From assembly GCA_963733375.1 (NCBI GenBank), contig CAVTDB010000026.1, positions 224,001 through 288,000 on the forward strand: a DNA stretch of 64,000 nucleotides, read 5' to 3'. The translations under genes were made by a program, and so were the position numbers. Each line of letters starts with the position of its first letter. Position 1 is the first letter of the stretch. The DNA comes from Nitrospirota bacterium (GTDB lineage: Bacteria > Nitrospirota > JACRHJ01). The notes beneath the pieces were generated by a model. That model was not told the DNA's origin, searched no databases, and saw only the letters and a program-made list of their open reading frames with translations. This document shows positions 44,236 to 56,356 of the stretch, piece after piece.

Positions 44236-44747
44236 CAGAAAATATCCAGCACCCTTATTATGAATTCGTCCGCGAAATTCTTCGAGGCGTATTTGATAGC
44301 CTCTTCCCGGCGGATTTTGCTTTTTGTAATGTCCACGGTTACCCGGTAATCGGCGTAGGACACGAAATCGTCTTCCTTCCAGAGCACCTTCCCGGATTTA
44401 ATATCCGAGACCTTCACGTCCATGTGCAGCTTCAGGCGGTATTCGAGTACCCTGTCGCTCGGGTCGTAAGACAGCGGCACGAGTTCCATTCTCGCCACCC
44501 TGCCCTTCACGAGTATATCCTCGTCCCCGCTATCCGTAAGGACCCAGCGCCCGTCCAGGGCTATATCCTCTTTCAGCGCTTCCGTCACGTCCTTCTCGAC
44601 CAGCGGCGCCCATGAGTCGTTCACGAACAGCGGGATGGAGACCTTGTATTTTCCGGCGCCCTTTCCGGTCACGGTGCCGGTCCTGGCGAGCTGATAGCCG
44701 CAGGCGGGCAGGGTCAACAGTAAAATTATGCAGAACAATTTTTTCAT
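44235..44747 (-). CDS. lptE: LPS assembly lipoprotein LptE
   Basis: Lipobox LPACGY; position between leuS and holA. Confidence 0.8.
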   Translation of the reverse strand: MKKLFCIILLLTLPACGYQLARTGTVTGKGAGKYKVSIPLFVNDSWAPLVEKDVTEALKEDIALDGRWVLTDSGDEDILVKGRVARMELVPLSYDPSDRVLEYRLKLHMDVKVSDIKSGKVLWKEDDFVSYADYRVTVDITKSKIRREEAIKYASKNFADEFIIRVLDIF

Positions 44748-44756
44748 GTAGAGAGC

Positions 44757-47291
<2,535 letters not shown>

Positions 47292-47344
47292 AAGGACGGA
47301 AAACCTCCGGGAGTCATCTGCTAGTAAAACAAAACAGTATAATT

Positions 47345-48597
47345 TACCATTTTAAGAATTTGTAGGCAAGGGGAAAGAGGAGGAATGCACCCAGGGAATT
47401 ATAAAAATGCGGGCTTTCAAATAAATAATCGTTGATGAAAGGCGATGTGGGAAAGGGAAAAGGCGGCAATTCATCAATATGAGTCTTTAAGTTTCAACGC
47501 ATGACAGATATGTACCAATATCAATTAAATTCTGCAAAAGAGATAAAGTCGTCTTTAAATCAATTTGCATGGCTAACTCTTATGTTAGATAAAATTAAAA
47601 TCCTACTTTTACCTTTTAAAAATGACGTTTCGAAAAACCCCTCTTTGATCCCCTAAACAGCACATAGAGTGGAAAAACACATGTTTTTGAACCATAAGGA
47701 TATTACTTCCAGTTAACACTTCAGATATAGCGGTTATTAAAAATTGGATGGCTTTGCCGGCTAATCAGAAGGCATTTCAAGATTGAACTTTTAGAATGAG
47801 GTAGTTCTTTTACCTAAAAAATAGCAGAAAATAGGTTGAATCAAATAAAACAGAAAAGTGCATATATTACGACATTTATCGGACATAATATTGATGATTT
47901 TAACTAATAAAACCTTTAAGATGGTTTTTATTGTTGACTGTGGGTTGGATTATTCATCAGCCAATTTGGCTGCTCGGTTTCGGAATTATTTTTAGATCAA
48001 TGGATCATTACAAGGCCTTATGAAGAAGTTTTTGACGTTACTTAACTGGTTTCAAGCAATTTTAATTTTATCTTCTTCTCTATTGGCTTTATTATTCTTT
48101 CCTTTTGATTTGGGGTTAATGAAGATCCGGAAACAATGTAAGAGATTTTTTGATGTTAATTTCAACAGTGTAATGTAACTTAATATTGAGTATACTGAGC
48201 GCTTTATTTGTGCTCATAAAAAATCGAAAATGAAAACAAAAAGGAAGAGAAGATACACATTTATTACACAGGCGGAATGATTTATTACAATTTCTCATAT
48301 GTGTCGTTATTATTCTTTCTAATTGCTTAATAGGCCTCTTTGTAAATTTTGAGTTCTCAAAATCTCGATTTAGTTGCGGACAATCTTATTGTATCAAAAG
48401 AATATTTAGTACATTTAATTGAAAAGAAGCAGTACAATTCTATTTGGCACTATTCTTTCAATTAGTTGGCTTGTTCTTTGGTTTAACATGTTATGACAGC
48501 ATATATGATGCTTATAGAAACTGGTAAGATAACGCCAAATTTTCTTAAAGAGCTTAAAAACCGCGGAAGAGAACGAACAAAAAGGTAAAAATATCAA
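47345..48597. other. AT-rich (~30% GC by sampling) block without any convincing ORF
   Basis: Abrupt composition change; only two 60-aa minus-strand ORFs in the track and ~50-codon plus-strand fragments. Confidence 0.8.
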
Positions 48598-50039
48598 ATG
48601 ACCTCACAAAATCCTAATAGTTGACGACGACGAATCTATACGGTTTGTCCTGAACAAGACCCTCAAGAAGGAGGGCTACGAGGTCCAGGAGGCGAAGGAC
48701 GGCGTTGCCGGGCTGGCCCTCCTGAAGAAGGGACAGTTCCCGCTGGCGTTCATGGACATAAGGATGCCGGGGCTGGACGGCCTGTCTGTGCTTGAAGCAG
48801 ATGAAAGAGGCGGAGGTCGATACCTGCGTGATAATGATGACCGCCCAGGGCACTATGAGCACCGCTATCGAGGCCATGAAGCTGGGCGCGTTCGACTACA
48901 TAACGAAGCCCTTCGACGTGGAAGAGGTGAAGCTTCTGGCGGCTCGCGCGATGGACAACCGGGCGATGGTCGCGGAAGTGGAGAGCCTGAAGGCGTCGCT
49001 TAGGGAGCGATACGAGGTCGGGCAGATAATCGGCCAGGCGCCATCGATGCGCGAGATATTCAAGGACGTCGGGCGCGTTTCCGGTACGGACGTGACGGTG
49101 CTTATCACCGGGGAGTCCGGCACCGGCAAGGAGCTTATCGCGCGTGCGATACACGCGCACAGTAAGCGCGTCGCGGGGCCGTACGTGGTCGTGAACTCGG
49201 CGGCGATACCACGGGAGCTGATGGAGTCCGAGCTGTTCGGGCACGAGAAGGGGGCGTTCACCGGCGCGGTTGCCCGGAAGATAGGCAAGTTCGAGCAGGC
49301 GTCCGGCGGGACCCTTTTCCTGGACGAGATAGGGGACATGGACTTGAACCTTCAGGCGAAGCTGCTGCGCGCGCTGCAGGAGAGGGAGTTCGAGCGCGTC
49401 GGCTCCACCGAGACCATAAAGGCGGACGTGCGGATAATCGCGGCGACGCACGTAGAGCTTGAGGATGCGGTGAGCGAGGGGAAATTCCGCGAGGACCTCT
49501 TCTACCGCCTGAACGTGGTGAGCCTGCACCTGCCCCCCTTAAGGCAAAGGAAAGAAGATATTCCGGCGCTCGCGGAGCATTTCCTCGATAAGACCTCGCA
49601 GGAACTCGGCGCGCCGAAGAAGAGGCTGACGCCGAAGGCGCTGAAGCGGTTGATGGAGTACGAGTGGCCGGGAAATGTGCGGGAGCTGGAGAACTGCATA
49701 AAACGCGCTGTCGTGCTGTCGAGTTCGCTGGCCATCCTCCCGGAGGACGTGGAAGTCCTGATGAAGGGGGAGAAGGACGGCATAACGATAACCGACGGCA
49801 TAACCTTCGAAGGGCTCCTGGAAGAGCGGATACATTCGTTCCTGAAGAAGAACAAGAAGCTGGATAAGAGCGACCTCTACGACTCGGTAATCGCGCTGGT
49901 CGAGAGGCCGCTTATTATGAGCGCGCTTTCCGAGACGAATTACAACCAGTTGAAAGCAGCGGAGCTGCTCGGCATAAACCGGAACACACTTCGGAAAAAA
50001 ATATTCGAACTGCGCATACCGAACAAAAAAAACCCTTGA
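48598..50039 (+). CDS. Sigma54-dependent response regulator, NtrC family (frameshifts near the 5' end)
   Basis: KILIVDDDE, DIRMPG, GESGTGKE, ESELFGHEKGAFTGA, WPGNVRELEN, Fis-type HTH LGINRNTLRKK. Confidence 0.92.
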
Positions 50040-50126
50040 CAACCGGGCATCCGTGAGAGATACTGCACCATCAATTTTACAGGCAATTATCAGTAATTCG
50101 ATTTTTAAGAGAAAGGAGGATTACAA

Positions 50127-50399
50127 ATGACAAAAGCGGAAATGATCGAAAAAATGGCGGACTCTGCCGACATCAGCAAGGCGGCCGCCGGTAAGGCTCT
50201 CGCTGCCTGTCTTGACAGCGTTAAGGTTTCCCTTAAGAAAGGTCAGAAAGTATCCTTGGTTGGTTTCGGCACATTTTCTGTTACGAAAAGGAAGGCGAGA
50301 AAGGGCAGGAACCCGAAGACCGGCGAAACGATAAAAATCGCCGCCGCGAAGGTGCCCAAGTTCTCCGCAGGCAAAGGTTTAAAGGATGCCTTAAAGTAA
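50127..50399 (+). CDS. hup: DNA-binding protein HU
   Basis: [32 protein letters not shown]. Confidence 0.92.
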   Translation: MTKAEMIEKMADSADISKAAAGKALAACLDSVKVSLKKGQKVSLVGFGTFSVTKRKARKGRNPKTGETIKIAAAKVPKFSAGKGLKDALK

Positions 50400-50454
50400 G
50401 TCGGCGCAGCTCAAGCGGTGAGGCGGTCCAGAGGAGACGGTTTCTTGTTTTATG

Positions 50455-50485
50455 AGGGGGGCAGTTTTAAGCCCCCCTTTTTTTT
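50455..50485 (+). terminator. Terminator after hup
   Basis: AGGGGGGC-AGTTTTAA-GCCCCCCT followed by T7. Confidence 0.8.
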
Positions 50486-50621
50486 AATCCTTTTTTATCT
50501 AGTCTGTCCGGGTTCGACCGGAGGGGGGCGTATCGACGCGAAACGCAATTTCAGTTGTCAATTTTTATATACTTGACAAACGGGCCGCTTTAAATTTAGA
50601 ATCTGCTCCTGCACGGACTGA

Positions 50622-50696
50622 AGGCGCGTAGCTCAGGGGGAGAGCGCTTGCTTGACACGCAAGAGGTCGGCGGTTCGAAACCGCCCGCGCCTACCA
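50622..50696 (+). tRNA. tRNA-Val(GAC)
   Basis: AGGCGCG..CGCGCCT-ACCA; anticodon arm CTTGC-TTGACAC-GCAAG. Confidence 0.96.
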
Positions 50697-50886
50697 TTCC
50701 AACCGTATGAAAAAGCTTGACAACGGACCCCTTTGCTGATACCTTTGAACAGGTATCGACGCTAAGGCGGTTTCGCGGATTTATTTTAACCTTGGGGTAT
50801 TTTCAGTTGTACAATTCTTAATTTTGTTTAGGCGTCATTGAAAGGTACCCCTTTTGGTGATGCCTTTTTTAATTTCGGGGAAAAGT

Positions 50887-52837
50887 TTGCCTACCATACA
50901 GATTACATTGCCTGACGGCACTAAAAAAGAGATGGAGAAAGGCCAGACAGCGGCCGACCTCGCGGCGATGATAGGCAGCGGACTGAAGAAAGCCGCGCTG
51001 GCCGCGGAGGTCAACGGCGCGAAAGTGGACTTAAGACTGCCGGTCGAAGAAGACGCACAGGTGAATATAATCACCTTCGACTCTCCCGACGGGAAAGAAG
51101 TGTACCGCCACAGCGCGTCGCATATCATGGCCCAGGCGGTCAAGGAGCTGTACCCGGAGGCGAAGGCCACGATAGGCCCGGCCATCGAAGACGGCTTCTA
51201 TTACGACTTCGATTTTGAACGCGGGTTTCACGCCCGAGGACCTTGAGAAGATAGAGAAACGGATGGCCGAGATAATCAAGGCCAACAAGCCGTTCGTCCG
51301 CAAGGAGATGCCGAAGGCGGAAGCGGCCCGGCTCTTCGACGAGATGGGGGAGCCGTATAAAGTTGAAATTATAAACGAGCTGGAGGCGGATACCGTATCT
51401 CTTTACGACCAGGACGGCTTCACGGACCTCTGCCGCGGCCCTCACGTCCCGTCCACCGGCTATATAAAGGCATTCAAGCTTTTAAACTCCGCGGGCGCGT
51501 ACTGGCGCGGGGACGAGCATAACAAAATGCTCCAGCGGATATACGGGACGGCATGGCAGGACAAGGAACAGCTTAAGTCATACCTCGACCGTCTGGAAGA
51601 GATCAAGAGGCGGGACCACAGGAAGCTGGGCCGCGAGCTGGAGCTTTTCTCCCACGAGGAGGAGACCGGCGCGGGGTTGATACTCTGGCACCCGAAAGGG
51701 GCGACGGTGCGCCGCGTGATAGAGGACTTCTGGAAGGCGGAGCACGTGAGCGGCGGGTACGAACTGGTCTATACCCCGCACATGGCGAAGCTCGACATCT
51801 GGAGGAAGAGCGGCCACTGGGACTTCTACCGGGAAAGCATGTTCTCCCCGATGGAAGTGGAAGGGCAGGAGTACGAGATCAAGCCGATGAACTGCCCGTT
51901 CCATATCGCGATATACAAGTCGAAGAAGCGCAGCTACCGCGACCTGCCGATCCGTTTGGCGGAACTGGGGACGGTCTATCGCTTCGAGCGCTCCGGGGCG
52001 CTTCACGGGCTTATGCGGGTACGCGGCTTTACGCAGGACGACGCCCACATATTCTGCACCCCGGATAAGCTCCAGGACGAGATATTCAGTGTCCTGGACT
52101 TCACGCTGTTCGTGCTCCGGACTTTTGGCTTTTCGGACTACGAAATATATCTCTCGACCCAGCCGGAGAAGTCCGTCGGTACGCAGGAGAACTGGGACAG
52201 GGCGACCGAGGCGCTTAAGAGCGCGCTGGAGAGCTAAAAATTTAACTTACAGCATAGACCCGGGCGAAGGCGTGTTCTACGGGCCGAAGATAGACATCAA
52301 AATAAAAGACGTCCTCGGGCGTTCATGGCAGTGCACCACCGTCCAGGTGGACTTCAACCTGCCTGAGCGTTTCGGGGTCGAATATATCGGGGAGGACGGG
52401 AACGTCCACCAGCCGATAATGGTGCACCGTGCGCTCATGGGCTCCCTGGAGCGCTTTTTCGGGGTGCTTATCGAGCATTATGCCGGGGCGTTCCCGGTAT
52501 GGCTCGCGCCCGTGCAGGCCAGGATATGCACGATTACGGACAGGCAGGACGAATACGCGAAGAAGGCGGCGCAGGAACTTCGAGCCGCCGGAGTCAGCGC
52601 CGAGGCGGATACCAGGAATGAGAAGATAGGGTTCAAAATCCGGGAGGCGACCCTCCAGAAAATTCCGTATATACTCGTAGTAGGGGACAATGGAGGTCGA
52701 AGGGCGGAAATGTTAACGTGAGATTCCGTAACGAAGCAGAACCCTCGATCGGTACACCCAAGAGTGTGCTCATGACCAAAGCGGAGTTTATAGACAGGAT
52801 TAAAAAAGTTATAGAAGAAAAAAGTTTGAAACTATAA
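50887..52837 (+). CDS. thrS: Threonine--tRNA ligase (frameshifts)
   Basis: TGS domain (ITLPDG), [44 protein letters not shown]. Confidence 0.97.
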
Positions 52838-52851
52838 TTTATGTTTTATTA

Positions 52852-52928
52852 TCCGGCTTTTCTTTGGTACTTTCTTTTCACCTACGAAAAGAAAGTACGA
52901 ACTTTCTTTTCACCTGAAAAGAAAGTAC
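52852..52928. repeat. Palindromic repeat family B, copy with a tandem second hairpin
   Basis: TCCGGCTTTTCTTTGGTACTTTCTTTTCACCTACGAAAAGAAAGTAC then ACTTTCTTTTCACCTGAAAAGAAAGTAC. Confidence 0.75.
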
Positions 52929-52961
52929 GAACTTTAACAACGAATAACCAGGAGGACAGTC

Positions 52962-53477
52962 ATAGGAAAACCCACGACGAGAATTAACCGTGAGATACGG
53001 GTGCGTGAAGTAAGGGTTATAGCGGACGACGGCGCGCAGCTTGGGATACTGCCGATACTCGATGCCGTCAAGGCGGCGGAGGAAAGAGGGCTCGACTTAG
53101 TCGAGGTCGCCCCGCTCGCGGAGCCGCCAGTCTGCAAGATTATGGACTTCGGCAAGTACAAGTACGAGCAGGCCAAGAAAGCCCATGAGAGCAAGAAAAA
53201 CCAGAAGATAGTGCAGTTGAAGGAGGTCAAGATGCGTCCCGGCACGGACGTGCACGACTATACCTTCAAGCTGAACAACGCCAAGAGGTTCCTGGAGGAA
53301 GGCAACAAAGTAAAGGTTACGGTAGTGTTCCGCGGCAGAGAGATGGCGCATACCGACCTTGGAAGCGTCCTTTTGAACAAGGTCGTGGCGGACATTCAGG
53401 AAGCCGGCAACATAGAGCAGATGCCGAAACAGGAAGGCCGGGCGCTGTCAATGGTAATTGCCCCAAAGTCTTCTTGA
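52962..53477 (+). CDS. infC: Translation initiation factor IF-3 (probable non-canonical ATA start)
   Basis: GGAGG-N6-ATA in frame with RINREIR..LDLVEVAP..CKIMDFGKYKYE..FRGRE. Confidence 0.95.
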   Translation: MGKPTTRINREIRVREVRVIADDGAQLGILPILDAVKAAEERGLDLVEVAPLAEPPVCKIMDFGKYKYEQAKKAHESKKNQKIVQLKEVKMRPGTDVHDYTFKLNNAKRFLEEGNKVKVTVVFRGREMAHTDLGSVLLNKVVADIQEAGNIEQMPKQEGRALSMVIAPKSS

Positions 53478-53638
53478 CAAACGTTTTTTAATAGTGTACC
53501 CTGCTCAGACTCAATACCCCGGGGTGTGGGGTATTATTTTTGGGCAGAGCCTTTTTACATACAAGACGCGGGCTGGATAATAAAAACGGGCTGGATTATA
53601 AATTTGTCTTACCAGAAGATGGCAGGGGGGGTATTGTA

Positions 53639-53842
53639 ATGGCGGGCTATAAGCTGAAGACGCACAAGGGCGCGGCGAAGCGTTTTAAGTTCACCGCATC
53701 GGGCAGGGTCAAGAACGGCAAGGCATTCGCGAGCCATCTTTTGACTTCCAAATCCGCGGGCAGGATGCGCAAGCTGTCCATGGTAGCCTATGCGGACAAG
53801 ACCAACGAAACGAAGCTGAAGAGGCTCCTTCCATATAAATAA
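53639..53842 (+). CDS. rpmI: 50S ribosomal protein L35
   Basis: KLKTHKGAAKRFKFTASG..HLLTSK..LLPY. Confidence 0.95.
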   Translation: MAGYKLKTHKGAAKRFKFTASGRVKNGKAFASHLLTSKSAGRMRKLSMVAYADKTNETKLKRLLPYK

Positions 53843-53883
53843 AGGCGGGCCGCCTGACCTAAATATTAAAGAGGAGATTTACA

Positions 53884-54246
53884 ATGCCGAGGGCAAAAAG
53901 AGGTTTTAAAGCCAGGAGACGCAGGAACAAGGTCCTCAAACTGGCGAAAGGTTATTACGGGGGCAGAAGCCGCCTGTTCAGGACAGCAACCGAGGCGGTT
54001 GACCGCGGCCTCAAGTATGCGTACAGGGACAGGCGCGTTAAGAAAAGGACCTTCCGTGGCATCTGGATAGCCCGCATCAATGCGGCTGCAAGGATGAACG
54101 ATATCACTTATAGCCTGCTCATGCACGGGTTGAAACTCGCCGGGATCGAACTGGACCGTAAGGTATTGGCCGAGATGGCAGTGTCCGACCCCGCAGGTTT
54201 TACAAAGGTCGTGGAAAGCGCGAAGCAGTTCGCCAAAGCCTCCTGA
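53884..54246 (+). CDS. rplT: 50S ribosomal protein L20
   Basis: [34 protein letters not shown]. Confidence 0.97.
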   Translation: MPRAKRGFKARRRRNKVLKLAKGYYGGRSRLFRTATEAVDRGLKYAYRDRRVKKRTFRGIWIARINAAARMNDITYSLLMHGLKLAGIELDRKVLAEMAVSDPAGFTKVVESAKQFAKAS

Positions 54247-54268
54247 AAATAACCTGAAGTATTGTCTC

Positions 54269-54308
54269 AAATACCTGCGTCTAACCTACCGTTGACGCAG
54301 GTATTTTT
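54269..54308 (+). terminator. Terminator after rplT
   Basis: AAATACCTGCGTC...GACGCAGGTATTT followed by T-rich tail. Confidence 0.75.
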
Positions 54309-54346
54309 ATTTATTTGTTCGGCTGATGAAGAGAGGTTGTAATCCC

Positions 54347-55469
54347 TTGAAGCCGGTAAGCGCTGTCAGGTGCCGGGCCTACGAGAAAGATCTAATCGAC
54401 ACAGCCGTGAGAAGGGCAGTGGGCCTGTTGGGCGGGATGGAAAAATTCATCCGCCCGGGCGCGCGCGTCCTGATCAAGCCGAACATGCTGGCGGCAAAAT
54501 CCCCGGATAAGGCGGTAACGACGCATCCGGAGGTGGTACGGGCGGCGGTCCGGATGGTCGATCGAGGCCGGAGGGACTCCGGTTATAGGAGACTCCGGCG
54601 CGATAGGCTCTTTTAAAAGGATTGCCGAGGTTACGGGCATTGCGAAGGTCGCCTTTGATGAGGGCGCGGCTTTAGTCGAACTCTCCGAGGCGTCAAAAGT
54701 CCAGGGGACCGGCACCTTCAGGCATTTCGAAATATCCAGTGAAGTCCTCAAGGCGGACGCTGTAATCAACCTCCCCAAGGCCAAGACCCACGGCCAGATG
54801 CTTCTCACCCTCGCTGTAAAAAACCTCTTCGGATGCATCCCCGGCAGGCGTAAGGCCCAGTGGCACTTGAAAACCGGCGTGGACAAAAGCGCGTTTGCCG
54901 CCATGCTTGTCGAGCTTCACGGCCTTATTAAGCCTGCCCTGTCAATTGTGGACGCGGTGGTGAGCATGGACGGGAACGGACCGGGGAGCGGCAGGCCGCG
55001 CGAGACGGGGTTCATCGTCGCCGGGGAAGACGCGTTCGCGGTGGATTACATGCTTTGCAGGTTCTTTGGAGTCGATCCCCATAAGCTCCCGACCTTGAAG
55101 GCCGCGCGGGAGAAGGGGCTTTGGCCTGAGAAGCCGGAGATAGAGCTTCTGGGAGATTTTGAAAAACCGGAAGACGCCGGGGTCAAAAATTTTAAACTCC
55201 CGCCGGGGACGCACCTCGAATGGACGATCCCGGAGCCGGCAAGGAAGCTCCTCAAGGAAGCGCTGACCACAAAGCCCAGGGTAGATAAATTAAAGTGCGA
55301 GCTGTGCCTGATGTGCGCGGATATGTGCCCGGCAAAGGCCATCAAAAGGACCGATGCGGGACTCACTATGGACTACCGCCAGTGCATACGCTGTTTCTGC
55401 TGCCAGGAAGTCTGCCCCGTCGGCGCGATAGACGTGGTCGAGGGCTGGCTGCTGAAATACATCAGCTGA
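54347..55469 (+). CDS. DUF362 protein with C-terminal 2x[4Fe-4S] ferredoxin domain (frameshift ~54560)
   Basis: VLIKPN, TTHPEVV, NLPKAKTH, AVKNLFG; CELCLMCADMCP and CIRCFCCQEVCP. Confidence 0.88.
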
Positions 55470-56178
55470 TTATCTTCACGTAAATTTCCGCCGCTATATC
55501 GATATCGAGCGCAAGCTCCGTCTCGCCCGCCCTGATAACGAACGCAGGTTTCTTCTGGTGCAGGACTATCTCCGTACCGGGCACAATGCCCAGAGTGGAA
55601 AGCCGGTCCATCCTGCCGTGGTCGCGGGGCGAGATGAACGTGATGCGGGCGCGGTTTCCGGGCTCCAGGTCTTTCATCGGCATAACGAGCGGGCGTATAT
55701 GATGGGCGAGCTTTTTACAGCAGGACCCGCGCGGGATGGGTTTTCCGTGCGGGCAGGTGGGCGGGTGGCCAAGGAAAGAACAGACCGAGTCGGTGACCTC
55801 GGGGCTCAGGATATGTTCGAACCGGCAGGCGGAGCTTTTTATCTCCATCGGCCCCAGCGCGAATACCTCGGAAAGCAATTTCTCGGCTAACCTTTTCCTT
55901 CGGATTACGTTCATGGCGCTCTCACGCCCGGTCACGCTGAAAGATACCTCGTCGCCATCGAGCAGAAGGTCTCCCTTGGACACCATATAGGCGATTACGG
56001 CCTCCGCTTTGGACAGGCTGTCGATATGCCCCTCCTCGACGACGAAATCGGATATGACCTGTTTCTTGTTCTTCTTCCCCTTGCCCATCTCTTCCAGCAG
56101 CCACAGGGACTCCAGAAATTCGTCCGTTATCTCGGCGGTCACCGTGAAACCCGCATCCGATGCCCTTCTATGCGGCAT
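55462..56178 (-). CDS. DtxR/MntR-family metal-dependent regulator with C-terminal FeoA domain
   Basis: RRKRLAEKLL, ACRFEHILS, HPPTCPHGKPIP, RLSTLGIVPG. Confidence 0.85.
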   Translation of the reverse strand: MPHRRASDAGFTVTAEITDEFLESLWLLEEMGKGKKNKKQVISDFVVEEGHIDSLSKAEAVIAYMVSKGDLLLDGDEVSFSVTGRESAMNVIRRKRLAEKLLSEVFALGPMEIKSSACRFEHILSPEVTDSVCSFLGHPPTCPHGKPIPRGSCCKKLAHHIRPLVMPMKDLEPGNRARITFISPRDHGRMDRLSTLGIVPGTEIVLHQKKPAFVIRAGETELALDIDIAAEIYVKIIS

Positions 56179-56356
56179 GTTTATTTCTCCTTTTGATGAT
56201 TTTTTTTAACAGCTCCAGCGTGGAGGATTTTTCTATATATTTATAACCGCAGTGAGGACAGCATAATGTGCCCTTGCCGCAGTTGACCGGGCAGGAGGCG
56301 CATTTGTTATCCGCGCTTTTTTCAAACTTATAACCGCACAGCGGGCAGGTCTTCAT
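56168..56356 (-). CDS. Small Cys-rich protein coupled to feoB
   Basis: CPLC..CASCPVNC..CCPHC (8 Cys); overlaps the feoB stop and the next start. Confidence 0.75.
   Translation of the reverse strand: MKTCPLCGYKFEKSADNKCASCPVNCGKGTLCCPHCGYKYIEKSSTLELLKKIIKRRNKHAA

Noticed and set aside
48445-48460. Sigma54 promoter upstream of the NtrC-like gene
   Set aside because: TGGCAC is present but the -12 element reads TTTC instead of TTGC
47345-48597. Gene in an alternative genetic code (TGA read-through)
   Set aside because: In the frames I read, TAA/TAG still close the frame within about 70 codons
52852-52935. Tandem repeated hairpins as a mini CRISPR array
   Set aside because: Only two adjacent units, no unique spacers and no cas genes in the window
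53540-53638. N-terminally extended L35 (100 aa in the track)
   Set aside because: Homology starts at ATG 53639 with its own G-rich SD; the upstream part is leader sequence
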